Assembly (NCBI GenBank): GCA_903828235.1
Contig: CAIKLM010000148.1
Location: 5,903 to 69,902 of the forward strand
Reading direction: 5' to 3'
Length of the DNA stretch: 64,000 bases
Source of the DNA: an uncultured beta proteobacterium
Lineage (GTDB): Bacteria; Pseudomonadota; Gammaproteobacteria; Burkholderiales; Burkholderiaceae_C
The notes under the pieces were generated by a model. That model saw only the letters and a list, made by a program, of their open reading frames with translations. It was not told where the DNA came from and did no database searches. Shown in pieces: positions 16,200 to 26,512 of this stretch (positions are counted from its first letter, which is position 1; each line of letters opens with the position of its first letter). The translations under genes were made by a program, and so were the position numbers.

Positions 16200-18236
16200 T
16201 CAGCCCAGGCGCTCGGCTTCGTGCGACAGCGGGGCCATGGTGTTCTTGGCGATCACGACGCGGTCGTCCAGTTCGCGGGCGGGCATCGGCCGGCCGAACA
16301 GGTAGCCCTGGGCGTTGCGGCAGCCCATGCGGCGCAGCGTGGCAGCCTGCAGCTCGGTCTCCACGCCCTCCGCCACGTTGTCCACGCCCAGGCTGCGCGA
16401 CAGGCCGATGATCGCGTCGACGATCTTCGCGCTCTCTGGCCTCTCCAGCGTGCGCACGAAGCTGCGGTCGATCTTGATGCGGTCGAAGGTCATCTCGGCC
16501 AGGTAGCTCAGGCTCGAGTAGCCGGTGCCGAAATCGTCCAGCGTCACCGTCAGCCCGGCCCGCTTCAGCGACAGGATCACGGCCCGGGCGCGCGCCGTGT
16601 CGTTGACCAGCGCCGTCTCGGTGAGCTCGACGTCGAAGCGGCTCGGCGGCAGGCCGGCCTCGTAGATGATCGACAGCAGCTGCGGCACCAGCTCGGGGTC
16701 CTCGATCTGCTGCGGCGCGACGTTGATCGACAGCCGCCAGTTCGGCGCGAAGCGCAGCATGTCCTTGCAGGCGGCCCGCAGCAGCGCGAAGGTCAGCGGG
16801 CCGATCAGGCCCGAGCTCTCGGCCACGGCGATGAACTTGTCGGGTGAGACGAGGCCGCGCTCGGGGTGGCGCCAGCGGCACAGCATCTCCATCGAGGTGA
16901 CGTTGCGCCGGTCCAGGCCCACGATCGGCTGGTAGAAGGGCACGAACTGCCCGGTGGCGATGCCCTCGCGGATCTCCTGCTCGAGCAGGTTTCGCTCCGC
17001 CATCAGCTCATCGCGCAGCGGGTCGTAGCGGTGCACCCTGTTGCGGCCGCCCTGCTTGGCACGGTACAGCGCCGAGTCGGCCTTGCGCAGCAGCTCGTCG
17101 GCGCTGTGGGCGTCGTACGGGAAGGTCGCCATGCCCACGCTGGCGCCGATGTTCACCAGCAGGTCCCCGAACTTCATGGGTTCGGCCAGCCGCTCGACGA
17201 TGCGCTCGGCCTTGGCGAGCGCAGCGCCCGTGCCGGTCCGCTCGGGCGTGACGACCACGAACTCGTCGCCGCCGTAGCGCGCGCGCAGGTCGTCGGGCCC
17301 CAGGCACAGGCGCAGCCGGCGCGCCACCTCCTTCAGCACCATGTCGCCGACCATGTGGCCGTGGCGGTCGTTCACGGGCTTGAAGCGGTCGAGGTCGATC
17401 ATCAAGACCGACAGCGAGTCACCGGCCCGCGTCGCGCCCTCCAGCCGGGCGTTCATGGCGTCGTGCAGGCCGGCGCGGTTGTCCAGCCCGGTCAGCAGGT
17501 CGGAGCTGGCCATGCGCTGGATGTGCACCTCGGCGTCGCGCAACGTGCCGCGCGTGGGGTCCAGGCCCTTCGACAGGCGCCGCCACAGGAAGGCGCCGGC
17601 CAGCAACGCCAGCAGCATCGCGCCGGCGCTCGTCAGCCAGCTGCGGCGCTGCAGGCGCGCAAACTGGGCCTCGGTGGCGGCCAGCGACGTGGCCGCCAGC
17701 TCGGCGTTGGCCTCGCTGAGCAGGCGGCTGTTGCGGCGGTAGCGGTCGCCTTGGAACAGGGCCCGAGCCGAGCCGTGGGCGCCGCTCCTCAGCGCTTCCA
17801 GCGCCGAGGCGCGCATGTGCGCGATCTCCGCCGCAGCGGCGGCGGTGCCCTTGCGGTGGCGCTCGGCCACCGCCAGCGGCGCCAGCAGGCTCGCGTGCTC
17901 GACGGTCTGGCCGAGCTGGTCGACGAGGCGGCCGTAGCGCTCGACCCAGCGCGCGTCGCCGGTGACCGAGGCCAGCTCGGCGGCGTCCGCCAGTTGCTGC
18001 TCCGTGACGCGCAGTCGGCCGACCACCTCGTGGGCGGTGGCCAGCCGGCCGGCTGCCGTCGTCAGCTCGTCGGCCAACCAGAGGCGTTCGACGAGCAGCA
18101 GACCTGTCCACAGCGCCGCGCCGCACAGCGTCACGGCCGCGGCACGCCGCGCCTTTCGCATCGTCTGCTCGACGATGGACACGGGCGGCAGCAGCGGGCC
18201 CGGGTGTTTCTTGTGCTCGGGGGTGTGCTGGGGCAT
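16200..18236 (-). CDS. membrane-anchored GGDEF-EAL protein
   Basis: Two TM helices flank a helical sensor. DLLTGLDNR, YGGDEF, EAL signature as EML, ELTETA, DDFGTGYSS, KIDRSF, EGVET. Start uncertain (18236 or 18161). Confidence 0.88.
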   Translation of the reverse strand: MPQHTPEHKKHPGPLLPPVSIVEQTMRKARRAAAVTLCGAALWTGLLLVERLWLADELTTAAGRLATAHEVVGRLRVTEQQLADAAELASVTGDARWVERYGRLVDQLGQTVEHASLLAPLAVAERHRKGTAAAAAEIAHMRASALEALRSGAHGSARALFQGDRYRRNSRLLSEANAELAATSLAATEAQFARLQRRSWLTSAGAMLLALLAGAFLWRRLSKGLDPTRGTLRDAEVHIQRMASSDLLTGLDNRAGLHDAMNARLEGATRAGDSLSVLMIDLDRFKPVNDRHGHMVGDMVLKEVARRLRLCLGPDDLRARYGGDEFVVVTPERTGTGAALAKAERIVERLAEPMKFGDLLVNIGASVGMATFPYDAHSADELLRKADSALYRAKQGGRNRVHRYDPLRDELMAERNLLEQEIREGIATGQFVPFYQPIVGLDRRNVTSMEMLCRWRHPERGLVSPDKFIAVAESSGLIGPLTFALLRAACKDMLRFAPNWRLSINVAPQQIEDPELVPQLLSIIYEAGLPPSRFDVELTETALVNDTARARAVILSLKRAGLTVTLDDFGTGYSSLSYLAEMTFDRIKIDRSFVRTLERPESAKIVDAIIGLSRSLGVDNVAEGVETELQAATLRRMGCRNAQGYLFGRPMPARELDDRVVIAKNTMAPLSHEAERLG

Positions 18237-18328
18237 GGGAGCGGGACGACTCCCGCGGTTTATCGGCGCGGGCGCCACGCCCTTGAGGCCCCTGAGGGCC
18301 GCCGGGCTGGGCTGCGCCCGCCCCCGCC

Positions 18329-18919
18329 CTAGCTGGTGGCCCGACGTGCCGATTTCGGCCGGAACGCCTGGCAGACGGCCTCGTCGGTCTCGAGATAGGG
18401 CCCACCGATCAGGTCGACGCAGTAGGGCACGGCCGCGAAGATGCCCGGCACCGGCGGCGTGGCCTCGGGCAGGCCCTGCAGCGTCTCGGCGATGGCCTTG
18501 GGCTGGCCGGGCAGGTTGACGATGAGCGCGCGCCCGCGGATCACGGCCACCTGGCGCGACAGGATGGCCGTGGGCACGAAGGCCAGCGAGATCTGCCGCA
18601 TCTGCTCACCGAAGCCCGGCATCACCCTGTGGGCCACGGCCAGCGTGGCTTCGGGCGTCACGTCGCGGGGGGCCGGGCCGGTGCCGCCGGTGGTGAGCAC
18701 GAGCGCGCAGCCGGCCACGTCGACCAGCTCGACCAGCGTGGCCGAGATGCCGTCCTGCTCATCGGGGATGAGCCGCTCTACCCACTCGACCGGGTTCTTC
18801 AGCGCGCGCCCGAGCCAGGCCTTCAGCGCGGGCAGACCCTGGTCCTGGTAGACGCCGGCCGAGGCGCGGTCGCTGATGGAGACCAGGCCGATGCGGACGG
18901 GGTCGTGGGCTTGGCTCAT
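18329..18919 (-). CDS. mog: molybdopterin adenylyltransferase
   Basis: IGLVSISDRAS, TTGGTGPAPRDVTPEAT, PTAILSRQ, NLPGQPKAI. Confidence 0.93.
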   Translation of the reverse strand: MSQAHDPVRIGLVSISDRASAGVYQDQGLPALKAWLGRALKNPVEWVERLIPDEQDGISATLVELVDVAGCALVLTTGGTGPAPRDVTPEATLAVAHRVMPGFGEQMRQISLAFVPTAILSRQVAVIRGRALIVNLPGQPKAIAETLQGLPEATPPVPGIFAAVPYCVDLIGGPYLETDEAVCQAFRPKSARRATS

Positions 18920-19512
18920 GGCGCGGGCTCCTCGGGCTCGGCGTCCGCCGGCGCCGCGGCCGCTGCCACCGAACGGGCCTTGACGAACTGGAACAGCTCG
19001 CGGTGCGAGCGGGGCTGCCGCGCCTCGGGGGCCACCGCGTCGCGGCGCGCCGCGCGCACCAGGCTGCGCAGCTGCTGCGCGTCGCTGTCGGGGTGCTGCT
19101 GCATCCAGCGCGTGAGCGCGGCGTCGTCGGCGATCAGCTCGGCGCGCCAGCGCTCGGCCTCGTGCAGCGCCAGCGTCTCCCGGGCCGAGCCCAGCCGCGC
19201 GGCGGCCACGGCCTCGCGCAGCACGGCCTCGTCGGCGCTGCGCATCAGCTTGCCCACGTACTGCAGCTGGCGGCGCCGGCCCTCGTGGCTCTTCGTGCGG
19301 CGGTACTCGAGGATGGCCTCGCGCAGCCCGTCGGGCATGGGCGTGGCGGCCAGCCGCTGATCGGGCAACTCGGCGACTTCCAGGCCCAGGGCCTGCAGGT
19401 CGTGCGACTGGCGCTTGAGGGCCGACTTGCTGGGTCGGGCGTCGGCGTCGTCAGGGTCGGCGTCGCCGTAGTGGACGTCGAGGCCACGGTGCGGCGCGGC
19501 TTTGCGGGGCAT
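18916..19512 (-). CDS. yjgA: ribosome biogenesis factor YjgA/DarP (DUF615)
   Basis: PSKSALKRQSHDLQALG, HEGRRRQLQYVGKLMR, LHEAERWRAELIADD, QQLRSLVRAA. Confidence 0.9.
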   Translation of the reverse strand: MPRKAAPHRGLDVHYGDADPDDADARPSKSALKRQSHDLQALGLEVAELPDQRLAATPMPDGLREAILEYRRTKSHEGRRRQLQYVGKLMRSADEAVLREAVAAARLGSARETLALHEAERWRAELIADDAALTRWMQQHPDSDAQQLRSLVRAARRDAVAPEARQPRSHRELFQFVKARSVAAAAAPADAEPEEPAP

Positions 19513-19611
19513 GGGCAGAGGCGGCGCAAGGCCGCGGGTGGCCGCCGGGGGGCAGGGCCTATGATTGTTGCGCAGCTTCCCCCGCACCCTTCCCGCACCG
19601 AGCCCCGCCGC

Positions 19612-20988
19612 ATGACCTCGTCCCCGCTTGACCCTTCCGGATTCGCCTTCGAGCGGGCGCAGTTCCAGCAGATCGTCGAGGACACGCTGGGGATCGCCAG
19701 GTCCCTGGGGGCCAGCGACGCCGGCGCCGAGGTGAGCGAGGGCGTGGGCCTGTCGGTGAGCGTGCGCAAGGGCGAGCTCGAGAACGTCGAGCGCAACCGC
19801 GACAAGAGCCTGGGCGTCAGCGTCTACCTGGGCCGCCGGCGCGGCAACGCCAGCACCTCCGACTTCTCGCCCGAGGCCATCCGCCGCACGGTGCAGGCGG
19901 CCTACGACATCGCGCGCTTCACCGCCGAGGACCCCGCCGCCGGCCTGCCCGAGGCCGAAGACCTGGCCAGCGCCGCCGAGGCCGCGGTGGACCTCGACCT
20001 CTTCCACCCCTGGGTCATCGACGCCGCCGCCGCGGCCACGCTGGCCAAGCGCTGCGAAGACGCCGCCATGGCCACCGACCGCCGCATCACCAACAGCGAG
20101 GGGGCCGGTGTCTCGGCCCAGCAGGCGCACTTCTGGGCCGGCAACACGCGCGGTTTCCGGGGCGGCTACGCCAGCTCGCGCCATTACCTGTCGGTCAGCC
20201 CCATCGCTGGCAAGGGCCGCGACATGCAGCGCGACGGCTGGTACACCAGCATGCGCGACGCCGCCGACCTGGCCGGCCCCGAGGCCGTGGGCCGCTACGC
20301 CGCGGAGCGCGCGCTGGCGCGCCTGAAGAGCCGCCGCGTGGCCACGGGCGAGGTGCCGGTGCTGTTCGAGAGCACGGTGGCCGCGGGCCTGCTCGGCGCC
20401 TTCGTGCAGGCCACCTCGGGCGGGGCCCTGTACCGCAAGGCTAGCTTCCTGGAGGGCAGCCTGGGCCGGCCGGTGCTGGCCGGCCACGTCGACATCGACG
20501 AGGAGCCGCACCTGCGCAAGGGCAAGGGCAGCGCGCCCTTCGACGACGAGGGCGTGCGCACGCGGGCGCGCCGGGTGGTCGACGGCGGCGTCGTGCAGGG
20601 CTACTTCCTCAGCAGCTACTCGGCGCGCAAGCTCGGCATGAAGACCACCGGCCACGCCGGCGGCTCGCAGAACCTGGCCATGACGAGCCGGCTCACGCAG
20701 GCCGGCGACGACCTCGACGCCATGCTGAGGAAGCTGCACCGGGGCCTGTTCGTCACCGAGCTGATGGGGCAGGGCGTCAACTACGTGACCGGCGACTACT
20801 CGCGCGGCGCGGCCGGCTTCTGGGTCGAGGGCGGGCGCATCGTGCACCCGGTGCACGAGGTGACGATCGCCGGCAACCTGAAGGCCATGTTCCGCGACAT
20901 CGCCGCCATCGGCGCCGACGCGTACACGCAGGGCAGCAAGACCGTCGGCTCGGTGTTGGTGCCCGGGCTCAAGCTCGCCGGCGCCTGA
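19612..20988 (+). CDS. pmbA: metalloprotease PmbA (TldE)
   Basis: VRKGELENVERNRDK, FDDEGV, ELMGQGVNYVTGDYSRGAAGFWVE. Confidence 0.92.
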   Translation: MTSSPLDPSGFAFERAQFQQIVEDTLGIARSLGASDAGAEVSEGVGLSVSVRKGELENVERNRDKSLGVSVYLGRRRGNASTSDFSPEAIRRTVQAAYDIARFTAEDPAAGLPEAEDLASAAEAAVDLDLFHPWVIDAAAAATLAKRCEDAAMATDRRITNSEGAGVSAQQAHFWAGNTRGFRGGYASSRHYLSVSPIAGKGRDMQRDGWYTSMRDAADLAGPEAVGRYAAERALARLKSRRVATGEVPVLFESTVAAGLLGAFVQATSGGALYRKASFLEGSLGRPVLAGHVDIDEEPHLRKGKGSAPFDDEGVRTRARRVVDGGVVQGYFLSSYSARKLGMKTTGHAGGSQNLAMTSRLTQAGDDLDAMLRKLHRGLFVTELMGQGVNYVTGDYSRGAAGFWVEGGRIVHPVHEVTIAGNLKAMFRDIAAIGADAYTQGSKTVGSVLVPGLKLAGA

Positions 20989-21233
20989 GCGGCCCCGTCT
21001 CGCGCGGCCGCCAGGCCCTGCAAAGAACCCGCTGCGCGGCGGAGACTCAGCGCCGTTTCAGCTTGGCGCGCCGACACTCCGGGCCGCCGGCGATAGGCCC
21101 GAGTCTCTCGGGGGTTTTCGAACGGGGAAAACCCGCCCGGAAGCCCTCAGGCCGAATCCTAGAATTCCGCGGGTTTCGTCGGCATTCCTGCATGCCTGTT
21201 TCCACCATCCCCGATCCTCAGGAGAAGATCACC

Positions 21234-22313
21234 ATGGAACGTCGTTCCTTCGTTCGCAATGCGGGCCTGGCCGGTGTGCTGGCCGCCGGCATCGCCCCGG
21301 CCGTCCACGCGCAGCCCAACATCCGCTGGCGCCTGGCCTCCAGCTTCCCGAAGTCGCTCGACACGATCTTCGGCGCGGCCGAGATCATGGCCAAGCAGGT
21401 CGGCGCGATGACCGGCGGCAAGTTCACGATCACCGTCGCCGCCCCCGGCGAGATCGTGCCGGCCTTCGGCGTCGATGACGCAGTGCGCAACCGCACCGTC
21501 GAGATGTGCCACACCGCGCCGTACTACTTCGTCGGCAAGAACGAGGCCTTCGCCCTCGGCACCGCCATCCCCTTCGGCCTGAACTCGCGCCAGATCAACG
21601 GCTGGGTGATGGAAGGCAACGGCATGAAGCTGCTGCGCGAGTTCTACTCGTCGTACAACTTCATCAACTTCATCGGCGGCAACACCGGCTCGCAGATGGG
21701 CGGCTTCTGGCGCAAGGAGATCAAGAGCCTGGCCGACATCAAGGGCCAGAAGATGCGCATCGGCGGCTTCGGTGGCCGCGTGATGGAGCGCATCGGCGCC
21801 GTGCCGCAGATGATCCCGGGCGGCGAGATCTACCAGGCCCTCGAGAAGGGCACGATCGACGCCGCCGAGTGGGTGGGCCCGTACGATGACGAGAAGCTGG
21901 GCCTGAACAAGGTGGCCCCGAACTACGCCTACCCGGGCTTCTGGGAAGGCGGCGCCGGCCTCGAGTTCTGGATCAACAACGCCGCGTTCAATGAGCTCTC
22001 GGCCGACTACAAGGCCGTGCTGGAGGCCGCCTGCTCGCACGCCGCGATCGAGATGCAGGCCCGCTACGACGCCCGCAACCCGGCCGCGCTGAAGAAGCTG
22101 GTGGCCGGCGGCACCAAGCTCTTCGCGTTCCCCCGTGACGTGATGGAAGGGGCCTTCAAGGCCTCGCAGGAGCTGTACTCCGAGATCAGCGCCAAGAACG
22201 CGGCGTTCAAGAAGATCTACGACGACTACAGCGCCTTCCGCCGCGACGCCAACCTGTGGTTCCGCTTCTCGGAAGCCACCTTCGACGACTTCATGCAGAA
22301 GCAGCGCCTGTGA
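21234..22313 (+). CDS. dctP: TRAP transporter substrate-binding protein (DctP; TakP-like), Tat signal
   Basis: MERRSFV twin-arginine, WRLASSFPKSLD, YQALEKGTIDAAEWVGPYDD. SD GGAG present. Confidence 0.9.
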   Translation: MERRSFVRNAGLAGVLAAGIAPAVHAQPNIRWRLASSFPKSLDTIFGAAEIMAKQVGAMTGGKFTITVAAPGEIVPAFGVDDAVRNRTVEMCHTAPYYFVGKNEAFALGTAIPFGLNSRQINGWVMEGNGMKLLREFYSSYNFINFIGGNTGSQMGGFWRKEIKSLADIKGQKMRIGGFGGRVMERIGAVPQMIPGGEIYQALEKGTIDAAEWVGPYDDEKLGLNKVAPNYAYPGFWEGGAGLEFWINNAAFNELSADYKAVLEAACSHAAIEMQARYDARNPAALKKLVAGGTKLFAFPRDVMEGAFKASQELYSEISAKNAAFKKIYDDYSAFRRDANLWFRFSEATFDDFMQKQRL

Positions 22314-22354
22314 TCGCCTGACCGGCGCCCCCGGGCGCCGGCAGCGGCTCACGC

Positions 22355-22383
22355 AAGAAAGCCCCGCGACGCGGGGCTTTCTT
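22355..22383. terminator. bidirectional intrinsic terminator
   Basis: AAGAAAGCCCCGC-gac-GCGGGGCTTTCTT, 13-bp perfect stem with A- and T-rich ends, between convergent dctP and dctM. Confidence 0.85.
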
Positions 22384-22451
22384 CTTGGCGGCGCCTGGTT
22401 CGGCGCCCGCCGTCCATCGCACCGGGCCGCGCCGTGCGGCCCCGGGCGGCG

Positions 22452-24248
22452 CTACTTCTTCTGCTGGTCCTGCTTGACCGCCTCGAGCAACGACTTCATC
22501 GGGTCTTCGGCCGCGGCCGGTGCCGAGCCGGCGGACGCCGCGGGGTCGGCGCTCATCTGCTGCAGCGCCTCGCGCGCGCCCTGCATCTGCTCCAGCGCCT
22601 TGTCGGCGTCGATCTTCACCTCGCCCTTGCCCAGGCCATCGGCCACCAGGCTCGGGAACGCGATGACGACGGCCACCATGATGACCTGCAGCACGATGAA
22701 CGCGATCGAGCCCTTGTAGATCTGCCCCGTCGTCACCGCCGGGATCATCTCGCCGGTGATGCGGTCCTTGTAGTCCTTCTTGGCGGCCACGCTGCGCAGG
22801 TAGAACAGCGCAAAGCCGAAGGGAGGCGTCAGGAACGAGGTCTGCAGGTTCATCGCGACGATCACGCCGAACCAGATCATCACCGCGTCCACTGGCGCGC
22901 CGGGCAGCAGCTCGGGCAGGATCTTCTCGGCCACCGGGGCCAGCATCGGGATCACGATGAACGCGATCTCGAAGAAGTCGATGAACATGCCCAGGATGAA
23001 GACCAGCACGTTGACGACGATGAGGAAGCCCATCGCGCCACCGGGCAGCGCGTCGAACAGGTGCTCGACCCACACGTGTCCGTCGGCGGCGTTGAAGGTG
23101 AAGCTGAAGACGGTGGAGCCGATCAGGATGAACATCACGAAGGTGGCCAGCTTGGCCGTGCTGTCCAGCGCCTGGCGCATCAGCTTCAGGTCGAGCCGCC
23201 TGCGGCCGAAGGCCATGATCAGCGCGCCCACGGCGCCCATCGCGCCGCCCTCGGTGGGCGTGGCCACGCCCAGGAATATGGTGCCCAGCACCAGGAAGAT
23301 CAGCACCAGCGGCGGGATCAGCACGAAGGTGACCTGCTCGGCCAGGCGCGACAGCAGGCCCATCTTCGCGGCGCGGTTGACGATGGCCAGGAACAGCGCC
23401 AGGAACGAGGCGATCGTCATCGACATGATGAAGACTTCGTCGCCCGGCGCCGGGCGGTCGCGGCCGACCAGCGGATTGATGATCTGGCCGTGGACAAGGC
23501 TCCACGCGTAGCCGGCAGCGCCGCAGATCGCGAACAGCACCAGCAGCGACTTGTGGCCGCTGGCGCCGCTGGACTCGCGGTAGACGCGAGCCTCCAGCGG
23601 CAGCGCCGGCACCCATGAGGGCCGCACGATGGCCACCGCGACGACGAACAGCAGGTACAGGCCCACCAGCAGCAGGCCCGGCACCAGCGCGCCGGCGTAC
23701 ATGTCGCCGACCGAGCGGCCGAGCTGGTCGGCCAGCACGATCAGCACCAGCGACGGCGGGATCGCCTGCGCCAGCGTGCCGCTGGCGGTGATGGTGCCGG
23801 TGGCGATGGTGCGGTTGTAGCCGTAGCGCAGCATGATCGGCAGCGAGATCAGGCCCATGCTGATCACCGCCGCCGCGACCACGCCGGTGGTGGCGGCGAG
23901 CAGCGCGCCGACCAGGATCACCGCGATCGCGAGGCCGCCGCGCACCGGGCCGAACACCTGGCCCACGGTCTCCAGCAGGTCCTCGGCCATGCCCGATCGC
24001 TCGAGGATGATCCCCATGAAGGTGAAGAACGGAATCGCCAGCAGCGTGTCGTTCTGCATGATCCCGAACACCCGCAGCGGCAGGGCCTGGAACATGTTGG
24101 TGCCGAACAGGCCGACCTCGATGCCGATGAAGCCGAACATCAGGCCGGTGGCCGCCAGGCCGAACGCGACCGGGATGCCGGTGAGCAGGAAGAACAGCAG
24201 GCCGCAGAACATCAGCGGCACGAAGTTCTGGGCGATGAACTGGGTCAT
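22452..24248 (-). CDS. dctM: TRAP transporter large permease
   Basis: LLAIPFFTFMG, SGTLAQAIPPSLVLIVLAD, ATPTEGGAMG, TSFLTPPFGFALFYL. Confidence 0.92.
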   Translation of the reverse strand: MTQFIAQNFVPLMFCGLLFFLLTGIPVAFGLAATGLMFGFIGIEVGLFGTNMFQALPLRVFGIMQNDTLLAIPFFTFMGIILERSGMAEDLLETVGQVFGPVRGGLAIAVILVGALLAATTGVVAAAVISMGLISLPIMLRYGYNRTIATGTITASGTLAQAIPPSLVLIVLADQLGRSVGDMYAGALVPGLLLVGLYLLFVVAVAIVRPSWVPALPLEARVYRESSGASGHKSLLVLFAICGAAGYAWSLVHGQIINPLVGRDRPAPGDEVFIMSMTIASFLALFLAIVNRAAKMGLLSRLAEQVTFVLIPPLVLIFLVLGTIFLGVATPTEGGAMGAVGALIMAFGRRRLDLKLMRQALDSTAKLATFVMFILIGSTVFSFTFNAADGHVWVEHLFDALPGGAMGFLIVVNVLVFILGMFIDFFEIAFIVIPMLAPVAEKILPELLPGAPVDAVMIWFGVIVAMNLQTSFLTPPFGFALFYLRSVAAKKDYKDRITGEMIPAVTTGQIYKGSIAFIVLQVIMVAVVIAFPSLVADGLGKGEVKIDADKALEQMQGAREALQQMSADPAASAGSAPAAAEDPMKSLLEAVKQDQQKK

Positions 24249-24249
24249 G

Positions 24250-24852
24250 TCAGCGCGCTCCCTGCAGCTTGGCCTCGGCCTCGGCGGCCAGTTCGGCGGC
24301 CAGCTTCTCCTCGTCGGACTGGCCCTCCTCGACGCTGAAGGGCTCCTTGCGGTGGCCGGTGAGGAACGCGACGCGCTTGATCAGCTCCGACAGCGCCTGC
24401 AGCGCCAGGATCGAGAAGCCCACGGGAATCAGCAGCAGCACCGGCCAGCGGATCAGGCCGCCGGCGTTGGCGCTCATCTCGCCGGACTGGAACGCGCGGT
24501 AGAACAGCGGCCACGACAGGTCGACCAGGATCACCGCGAGAGGGATCGTGAAGACGACCAGGCCGAGCAGGTCGATGATGGCGTTGGTGCGCTTGGACAG
24601 CCGCGACGCGATGAAGTCGATGCGGACGTGCGCGTTCTTCAGCAGCACGTAGCCGACGCCGAGCATGAACACCCCGGCGAACAGGTACCACTGGATCTCC
24701 AGCCACGCATTCGAGCTGATGTCGAAGGCCTTGCGGATGATGGCGTTGACGGTGCTGATCACCACCGCTGCCAGCACCAGCCACATGATGAGCTTGCCGA
24801 GCCACTCGTTGAGTGCGTCGATCAGCCCCGAGATCTTCAGCAGTCCGCCCAC
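24250..24852 (-). CDS. dctQ: TRAP transporter small permease
   Basis: Four TM helices. LEIQWYLF, NAHVRIDF, GGLIRWP. Confidence 0.9.
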   Translation of the reverse strand: MGGLLKISGLIDALNEWLGKLIMWLVLAAVVISTVNAIIRKAFDISSNAWLEIQWYLFAGVFMLGVGYVLLKNAHVRIDFIASRLSKRTNAIIDLLGLVVFTIPLAVILVDLSWPLFYRAFQSGEMSANAGGLIRWPVLLLIPVGFSILALQALSELIKRVAFLTGHRKEPFSVEEGQSDEEKLAAELAAEAEAKLQGAR

Positions 24853-24967
24853 TCGTTCGTCTCCGGTTCGTCGAATGCCAAATTGCCCCGCGCACGGCCC
24901 GCGGCGGAACCATAGATTTTAGAAACCCGCATCATGCGGGCGAGCCCTGAAAACCCGCTGAACGGGT

Positions 24968-25324
24968 TCAGCCCTGGCGGGCCGCGGCGTACAGGCGCGT
25001 CGAGCGCGCGCCGGAGCGGCAGAAGGCCAGCAGCGGCCGCGGCAGTTCGTCCAGCAGTTGCGCGAACGCCGCGATCTGCTCGGGCGACTGCCAGCCGCCG
25101 TCCACGGGGAGGTGGCGGTACACCAGCCCGGCGGCCAGCGCGGCGGCCTCGATCTCGGCGCTGGTGGGCTGGCTGGGGCCGTGCTCGTGGTCGGGGCGGT
25201 TGTTGACGACGCTGCGGAAGCCCGCGGCCGCCGCCTGCGCCATGGCGGCGGCGTCGAGCTGCCCCGCGACGCACACGTCGGGTGCGATCGCCCGCAGGTT
25301 GGCGCCGTGGAGCAGGTCCGTCAT
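24968..25324 (-). CDS. TIGR01244/DUF442-type sulfur-transferase/phosphatase-fold protein
   Basis: GFRSVVNNRPDHE, LPRPLLAFCRSGARS (CX5R loop). Confidence 0.8.
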   Translation of the reverse strand: MTDLLHGANLRAIAPDVCVAGQLDAAAMAQAAAAGFRSVVNNRPDHEHGPSQPTSAEIEAAALAAGLVYRHLPVDGGWQSPEQIAAFAQLLDELPRPLLAFCRSGARSTRLYAAARQG

Positions 25325-25340
25325 GCCGGCGGCCCTCGCT

Positions 25341-25790
25341 TCAGCGGCTGAGCGCCGCCTTCACGGCGGCCGAGACCTGCGCCATCTCGGCGCTGCCGCC
25401 CAGGCGCGACTTGGCCGCGGCCATGACGCGCCCCATGTCGCCGGGGCCGTGGGCGCCGAGCTCGGCCACCAACGCGGCCACGGCGGCCTGCACCTCGTCG
25501 GCCGACAGCCGGGCCGGCAGGTAGGCCTGCAGCACCGCCACCTCGGCCGACTCCTTGGCGACGAGGTCGTCGCGCGCGGCCTGCTGGAAGGCGGCGATGC
25601 TGTCGCGCCGCTGCTTGATCAGCTTGTCGACGATGGCCACCACGGCCGCATCGTCGAGCACGATGCGCTCGTCGACCTCGCGCTGCTTCATCGCGGCCAG
25701 CAGCATGCGGATGGTGGACAGTCGCTCGCTGTCCTTGGCGCGCATGGCGGCCTTCATGTCGTCCTGGATGCGGTCTTTCAGCGTGCTCAT
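25341..25790 (-). CDS. yqeY: GatB/YqeY domain protein
   Basis: MSTLKDRIQDDMKAAMRAKD, KQRRDSI, DMGRVM. Confidence 0.9.
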   Translation of the reverse strand: MSTLKDRIQDDMKAAMRAKDSERLSTIRMLLAAMKQREVDERIVLDDAAVVAIVDKLIKQRRDSIAAFQQAARDDLVAKESAEVAVLQAYLPARLSADEVQAAVAALVAELGAHGPGDMGRVMAAAKSRLGGSAEMAQVSAAVKAALSR

Positions 25791-25825
25791 GTCGGTGGGG
25801 GCCCCGAGGTCATGGTCCAACGAGA

Positions 25826-25857
25826 CAAGCCCGCCACGGAGCCTCCGCGCGGGCTTG
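25826..25857 (-). terminator. hairpin between rpsU and yqeY
   Basis: CAAGCCCGC ... GCGGGCTTG stem enclosing CGGAG/TCCG. Confidence 0.45.
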
Positions 25858-25910
25858 CTTCGGCGTCGCGGCCGGCGGCCCCTAGGGTGGGCGCCGGTGG
25901 CGGCGGACGA

Positions 25911-26123
25911 TCAGTACAGCTTCTTCGGCAACTGCATGCTGCGCACGCGCTTGAAGTGCCGCTTCACGGCGGCGGCCTTCTTGCGCTTGCGCTCGGAGGT
26001 GGGCTTCTCGTAGAACTCGCGGGCGCGCAGCTCGGTCAGCAGGCCGATCTTCTCGATGGTGCGCTTGAAGCGGCGCAGGGCGACATCGAAAGGCTCGTTC
26101 TCTTTGACGCGGATCGTGGTCAT
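25911..26123 (-). CDS. rpsU: 30S ribosomal protein S21
   Basis: [21 protein letters not shown]...[26 protein letters not shown] on the minus strand at 26219-26214. Confidence 0.97.
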   Translation of the reverse strand: MTTIRVKENEPFDVALRRFKRTIEKIGLLTELRAREFYEKPTSERKRKKAAAVKRHFKRVRSMQLPKKLY

Positions 26124-26512
26124 TGCGGGATGGGGCTGTTCTCGCGAAGGCCCGGGGTTTGCGGGTGGGGAGCACATGCCTGCGCGCCTGAGCGCTGCGA
26201 GGCAAAGCCCGCGATTATAGGCAGGATTGCGGCAACCAGCGTGTTTCCAGATCGTGCCCGAGCGCTGGCGCCACAGGCAGGCGGGACGGCGCGCGCACAG
26301 GGCCGGCGGCGGGCCGCATCACCGGCTGCGGGCCGCACCACATCTGGCGCGGCTTTTGTCCACAGTTCTGCCCCAGCACGGCCGCTCCGGAGGACAAAAT
26401 CGGCATTGGCCTTGTCGGCCTGGTCAAGCACCCGCATCATGAAAGGCGCGGTGCGGCCGGCGGGCTCGGTTGCATGGATTCCGTCGCCCTTCGCCCATCG
26501 CCTGGACACCGC

